Positions 32,048-36,074 of a DNA stretch of 36,074 nucleotides are shown here, piece after piece. Both the position numbers and the translations under genes were made by a program. Source of the DNA: Armatimonadia bacterium (GTDB lineage: Bacteria; Armatimonadota; Zipacnadia; Zipacnadales; UBA11051); NCBI GenBank assembly GCA_039683575.1, contig JBDKRC010000151.1, positions 1 through 36,074 on the forward strand, written 5' to 3'. The notes under the pieces were generated by a model, which did not search any database, was not told where the DNA came from, and saw only the letters and a program-made list of their open reading frames with translations. How positions within the stretch are numbered: position 1 is the stretch's first letter; every line of letters begins with the position of its first letter.

Positions 32048-32887
32048 CTACAGTTCCCCCACCTCAACGTCACCAACGATCTCCAGGCCCTTCCAGATCA
32101 GTTCGTCATAGGCAGCCGGATCGTTGAGCCACAGGAACTTGTCAGGATCGTTCGCGCACGAATTGTACAGCGGAGTGGACTTGGACAGACCCAACTCCGG
32201 CACTTCGCGGACGACGGCCTTGCGTAGCTTCGGGTGCGTCCCGGTGTAGTTGGGGTTGCGCACCCAACGGGGGCTGCCGTCGCCGTGGAGGTAGTAATAT
32301 GCAAAGCCCTTGGCTTCCTCGACCTTGCCGTAGACCGAGGAGAAGCGGCTGGAGACCCAGTTGGACATGACCAGCGGGTCGCTGAGCGTGTTGATCGTCA
32401 CGTGGCCGTAGTTCGGCGGCATGATCACCTTGTCGCCGGGGAAGGCTTCGACGATGATGACGTCCTCGACGGTGACTTCCCTGGGGCCGAGGTCGATGTC
32501 ATTGACCTTCTGCAGCACGTAGAGGGCCTTGCCGTCGATGATCTCATACACCTCAGGCCAGGCAATGGCGCCGCCGGGGATGATGGGATGATAGTGGCCG
32601 GAGGTCTTCATGAACTCGCGGCCGAACGGCGTGCCACGGAAGATGCTGATGTCGTAGCGCAGGCCGGCGGTCTGCTTGAAGTCCGGCATGCTCTTGAGGC
32701 CCGTGTCGCGGAGCATCCAGTAGATGATCTCCGGCAACTCGGCGTTCTCGTCGAGTAGCACGCGGCGGATCTGATCCGCCGAACGAGTACCATAGATGGG
32801 ATCACGGACCTCGGTGCCAAAGGCAAAATGCAGGCACTCGGGGTCAAACTTCAGGGTCAGACCAGCGATTGCAGATAGGTCCTTCAT
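32048..32887 (-). CDS. Cupin-type glucose-6-phosphate isomerase family protein
   Basis: EFMKTSGHYH, PEVYE..G.ALYVLQ and PPNYGHVTIN...LVMSN cupin motifs. Confidence 0.85.
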   Translation of the reverse strand: MKDLSAIAGLTLKFDPECLHFAFGTEVRDPIYGTRSADQIRRVLLDENAELPEIIYWMLRDTGLKSMPDFKQTAGLRYDISIFRGTPFGREFMKTSGHYHPIIPGGAIAWPEVYEIIDGKALYVLQKVNDIDLGPREVTVEDVIIVEAFPGDKVIMPPNYGHVTINTLSDPLVMSNWVSSRFSSVYGKVEEAKGFAYYYLHGDGSPRWVRNPNYTGTHPKLRKAVVREVPELGLSKSTPLYNSCANDPDKFLWLNDPAAYDELIWKGLEIVGDVEVGEL

Positions 32888-33058
32888 GCTCTTCCTCCAC
32901 TACCAAATAAGCCAGCGCACGTACTTTGTGCGTGATATTCCATATTACTCTACAACGCCTGATGCTGCAAGGCCAGTGAGGCAGCCACAAAGCATCTGTT
33001 CCGGCTGCGCCCCATCGGCTATAATGACTGCCGATCCCTCTCCCGTTGGAGCCCGCTT

Positions 33059-33577
33059 ATGTCTGAGAACGTTTCCCTGCGCCCTGTAGTGCCCGAAGAC
33101 CATGCGGCCATCGCTGATATCACTGTACGCGCCTTCGTTCATGTCTCCATTGACGCCCACATTGAACGCCGGTACGGCACGCTGCAGGGCACTTCCTGGG
33201 GCCAGCGCAAGGCTAAGGCAGTTCTGGGAGAGATCGCGGCCAATCCAGGCGGGTGTTTTGCGGCACTTTCCGGGGATACGGTTGTCGGATACATAACCAC
33301 GTCTATCGATGAGGAAGCGGGCATCGGCCGCATCATCAACCTTGCGGTGGACCCCGAGTGCCACGGACAGGGCATCGGCAAGCGGCTGCTCTGCCGCGCC
33401 TTCGACTATTTCCGTGAGCGACAGGTGCCGCATTACCGCATCGAGACCACCACCGACAACGAGGTCGGACAGGCGCTGTACCCGCGGTGCGGCTTCAACG
33501 AGATCACCCGTCAGATCATCTACTTCATGTCCGCCGACGAAGCCGCCGAGTGGACATGCCAGACCGACAAGGCGTAA
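33059..33577 (+). CDS. GNAT family N-acetyltransferase
   Basis: LAVDPECHGQGIGKRLL acetyl-CoA motif A and N...ALY..CGF. Confidence 0.92.
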   Translation: MSENVSLRPVVPEDHAAIADITVRAFVHVSIDAHIERRYGTLQGTSWGQRKAKAVLGEIAANPGGCFAALSGDTVVGYITTSIDEEAGIGRIINLAVDPECHGQGIGKRLLCRAFDYFRERQVPHYRIETTTDNEVGQALYPRCGFNEITRQIIYFMSADEAAEWTCQTDKA

Positions 33578-33627
33578 CCTCGCCCGACCTCCCATCGGGC
33601 AATCCTGATCCAAGGCAGGCCCTTCGC

Positions 33628-34554
33628 ATGAGCCGCTGGCTTACTTCCTTCGCTCTCTTCATTACGGTCGTGGTATCAGCTTCCGCACAGACTGAGATCA
33701 GGTGGCAAAGGGACCTGGCGACGGCCCAGGTGGCAGCCCGGCAGAACCAGAAGTACCTGCTGGTGTATGTCTACGAACCCCGCCACAGCGCTTGCGTAGA
33801 GATGGATCGCAGCACGTTCTCAGACCCGAAGGTCGTCGCAGCCGCGAATGCGTTCGAGACGGTCGCCATCAACGGCGACGCTGCTTCGAGCAAGGCCTTC
33901 TGCGAGCGGTACAGGGTGGGAGTGCAGTCGAACGAGGACAAGGGCGTCAAGATGAGCTTTTCGGCCATTCCGGGGTATCTGTTCCTGGACCCGGACGGCA
34001 AGGAGTACTTCCGCGCTTTTGGATACTACCCCCCGTTGCCGTTCATAGGGATGCTGCAGAACGCCGCACAGATCATTGACCTCTCGAACAAGATCACGCT
34101 GAACCCGAGCGACGCCCGCGCCCATGCCGATCTCGGGCATCTGTACCTGAGCCTCGAACGAGATGAACTGGGCAAGCCGCTCCTGGAGAAGGCGGTCAAG
34201 CTCGACCCCCAAAACGCCGCTGGCGCGCGCGGGGATGCCGAGCTTGACTTGCTGATCATTTCAATTCCGGATAACCCCGAACTGGCCGGGCGCAACCTCA
34301 TAGCCTTCCAGTTCAACACTCCCGAGACCACGCGGATGCTCGAGATCAGGTACTTCCTGGCCGTGGCGCAGATAGCCTCGGGCAAGCTCCAGCAAGCCGA
34401 GAAGATCCTGCTCGATTTCTCCTCCATCCCCGCCAAACTCGACGCTGGCACCCCCACGGAACGGGACAACCCGGACTACCGGAATCCCTGGACCGTCCGC
34501 GCTGACATGCTGCTCAAGCAGCTTCGCGAACTGCAGGCTGAGCCCAAGAAGTAG
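33628..34554 (+). CDS. Secreted thioredoxin-like fold plus TPR protein
   Basis: Signal peptide from the ATG at 33628; W..DL..A...A...K.LLV, HSACVEMD and P.YLFLDPDG motifs; TPR segment AHADLGHLYL...AVKLDPQN. Confidence 0.75.
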   Translation: MSRWLTSFALFITVVVSASAQTEIRWQRDLATAQVAARQNQKYLLVYVYEPRHSACVEMDRSTFSDPKVVAAANAFETVAINGDAASSKAFCERYRVGVQSNEDKGVKMSFSAIPGYLFLDPDGKEYFRAFGYYPPLPFIGMLQNAAQIIDLSNKITLNPSDARAHADLGHLYLSLERDELGKPLLEKAVKLDPQNAAGARGDAELDLLIISIPDNPELAGRNLIAFQFNTPETTRMLEIRYFLAVAQIASGKLQQAEKILLDFSSIPAKLDAGTPTERDNPDYRNPWTVRADMLLKQLRELQAEPKK

Positions 34555-34559
34555 GCGAG

Positions 34560-34584
34560 GCGGGCGAGACGCCCGCACTACGCG
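34560..34584 (-). repeat. GTAG-headed REP-like palindrome, copy 2
   Basis: Exact 25-nt reverse complement of 22096-22120, located between convergent genes. Confidence 0.85.
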
Positions 34585-34691
34585 AGAGGGGTTGTCGCTA
34601 GATAACGTCCGGCGGGGTACGCCCCCCCCTGCGACGCGGACGTCGCTGCACTCTACAGGCTTCGGGAGCGGCCGCCCCCGCCTTGTCGACT

Positions 34692-35960
34692 TCACGCCCC
34701 TAACTCCCTCAGCAGGAACGTCGCCAGTACCTCCGTGCATTCGACCAGGTTCGCCACCGGTACGCGCTCATGCGAGGAGTGTGCGGTACCCTCCGCGCCT
34801 GGACCGTACAGGACTGTCGGCATGCCGAACAGTGCCGCCGGATGGGCCGCGTCGCTCCAGGCCATCATCTTGTCGTACACCGGCTCGCGTGCCGTGGCGG
34901 CTCTGAAAGCCCCATCGAAGCGCCGCACCCACTGATCCTGCGGGTCCTGGTCGTAGGGGATCAGGTCCTTGACCCACTCGATCCGCGACGGGTGGCCCTG
35001 CAGCCACTCATCCCCCGCCTCGACCGCACGTATGGCTTCCTCGAACTCGGCTCGTATCTGCGGACCGCCGTATACGCCGGTTTCCTCCCGCGAGGCCACG
35101 GCTTCGGCGTAGTCGTACACGATATTGAGTGACATCCGCGCCGCGCCAGGCACTACGGCCGGGTGTACCCCCGCGTGGAAGATCCCCAGATTGACCTTGC
35201 AGTGCGGCCGCTCGGTCTCGCGCCTGGCTTTGAAGGCGTCTATGGCGCGCTTGACCACTAGCCCCTTCTCAATCGCGGACACGCCTGTGCCCGCCGCCGC
35301 ATGTCCCTCCTGCCCCTCCACGAACACGTCGGCCGTCAGGCACCCCCCGCAGCCCATTGTCAGGGTGGCGTTGTTGCCGTCCAGGAACACGGCCACGTCG
35401 CCTGTATATCCGGCATTCAGGCATGCCAAGGTCCCGGCGCCACCACCGTTGCACTCTTCATCCACAACGCTCTGGAAGATGATCGTGCCTCGCAGGTCTG
35501 CTCCGGTCTGCAGCAGGGCCTTGAGGGCGCTGTAGCCTACTGTCAGGCCGCCTTTGCAGTCACTGGTCCCGCGACCGTAGAGGATGCCGTCGCGCAGTTC
35601 GCCGCTGAGGGCGTCCGGCATGTTATCGATCCCAACGGTATCCATATGGCCGTTAACGACCACCGTGGGTCCGTCACCGCCAAAATCAAGCCTTCCCACC
35701 AAATTGGGCCGGCCGCGGAAATTGCGTCCTCTGGGTCCGAGAACGCCGGTGCGGTCATAGATATCGTCCGGGCAGTCAAACAGCGTGGTCTTGGCCCCAA
35801 GCGCCTCCAGCAGCGGCTTGAGGTACTCCTGCCCCGCGGCTTCCCCAGCGGGATCACGGTCACCGCTGTAGGGGTTGACGGTGCTGATGCGCACCAGTGA
35901 CTGGCAGAGGCCAGCAATTTCGTCCTTCATCGCATTAACAACGTCTGCTACCTGCTTCAT
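34692..35960 (-). CDS. M20 family (ArgE/DapE-like) metallo-amidohydrolase
   Basis: RPNLVG, NGHMDTV, YGRGTSDCKGG, VDEE and YGPG...AHS..E motifs. Confidence 0.92.
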   Translation of the reverse strand: MKQVADVVNAMKDEIAGLCQSLVRISTVNPYSGDRDPAGEAAGQEYLKPLLEALGAKTTLFDCPDDIYDRTGVLGPRGRNFRGRPNLVGRLDFGGDGPTVVVNGHMDTVGIDNMPDALSGELRDGILYGRGTSDCKGGLTVGYSALKALLQTGADLRGTIIFQSVVDEECNGGGAGTLACLNAGYTGDVAVFLDGNNATLTMGCGGCLTADVFVEGQEGHAAAGTGVSAIEKGLVVKRAIDAFKARRETERPHCKVNLGIFHAGVHPAVVPGAARMSLNIVYDYAEAVASREETGVYGGPQIRAEFEEAIRAVEAGDEWLQGHPSRIEWVKDLIPYDQDPQDQWVRRFDGAFRAATAREPVYDKMMAWSDAAHPAALFGMPTVLYGPGAEGTAHSSHERVPVANLVECTEVLATFLLRELGA

Positions 35961-36026
35961 CGTTCACCTCAAAGCCCGCAAAACGGGCAGACACTAATCG
36001 GCACGCACCGGGTGTGACTCCCGACT

Positions 36027-36052
36027 GTAGGGCGGGGGCTCCGTACCCCGCC
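36027..36052 (+). repeat. GTAG-headed REP-like palindrome (second type)
   Basis: GTAG-GGCGGGG-GCTCCGTA-CCCCGCC; a partial inverted copy GGCGGGGTACG lies at 34611-34621. Confidence 0.6.
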
Positions 36053-36074
36053 TGCCGTTATCCACGATTACCTA

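Overview
GC-rich bacterial chromosomal segment. The gene content (many secreted glycoside-hydrolase-like proteins, a sulfatase-like enzyme, REP-type palindromes) loosely suggests Armatimonadota or a similar lineage; this is inference only. It holds about 30 mostly minus-strand genes: the pheA 3' end, an M48 protease, two tandem CNNM/CorC proteins, ferredoxin, USP, an APH-family kinase, a Zn-PLC-like protein, two glycoside hydrolases around a GspG-like pseudopilin, carA, a class IV aminotransferase, a REC-GGDEF protein, a sulfatase-like enzyme, a 2-hydroxyacid dehydrogenase, an FAH-family protein, a metallophosphoesterase-propeller fusion, namZ, a double MBL-fold protein, a radical SAM/SPASM protein, pta, guaB, an antitoxin-VapC pair, a cupin-type glucose-6-phosphate isomerase, a GNAT, a thioredoxin-like/TPR protein and an M20 hydrolase. 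The most interesting part is a lower-GC insert at about 17.5-20.0 kb. There a DUF3800 (RNase H-like) gene converges on an unannotated, structured ncRNA of about 115 nt that has its own sigma70 promoter and intrinsic terminator. An overlapping divergent promoter candidate points to a gene fusing a degenerate nucleoside-deoxyribosyltransferase-like domain to TPR arrays. Together these make a candidate RNA-linked toxin-antitoxin or defence module. No CRISPR array, tRNA, rRNA, integrase or transposase was seen. All family calls come from motif recognition by eye, not database searches.
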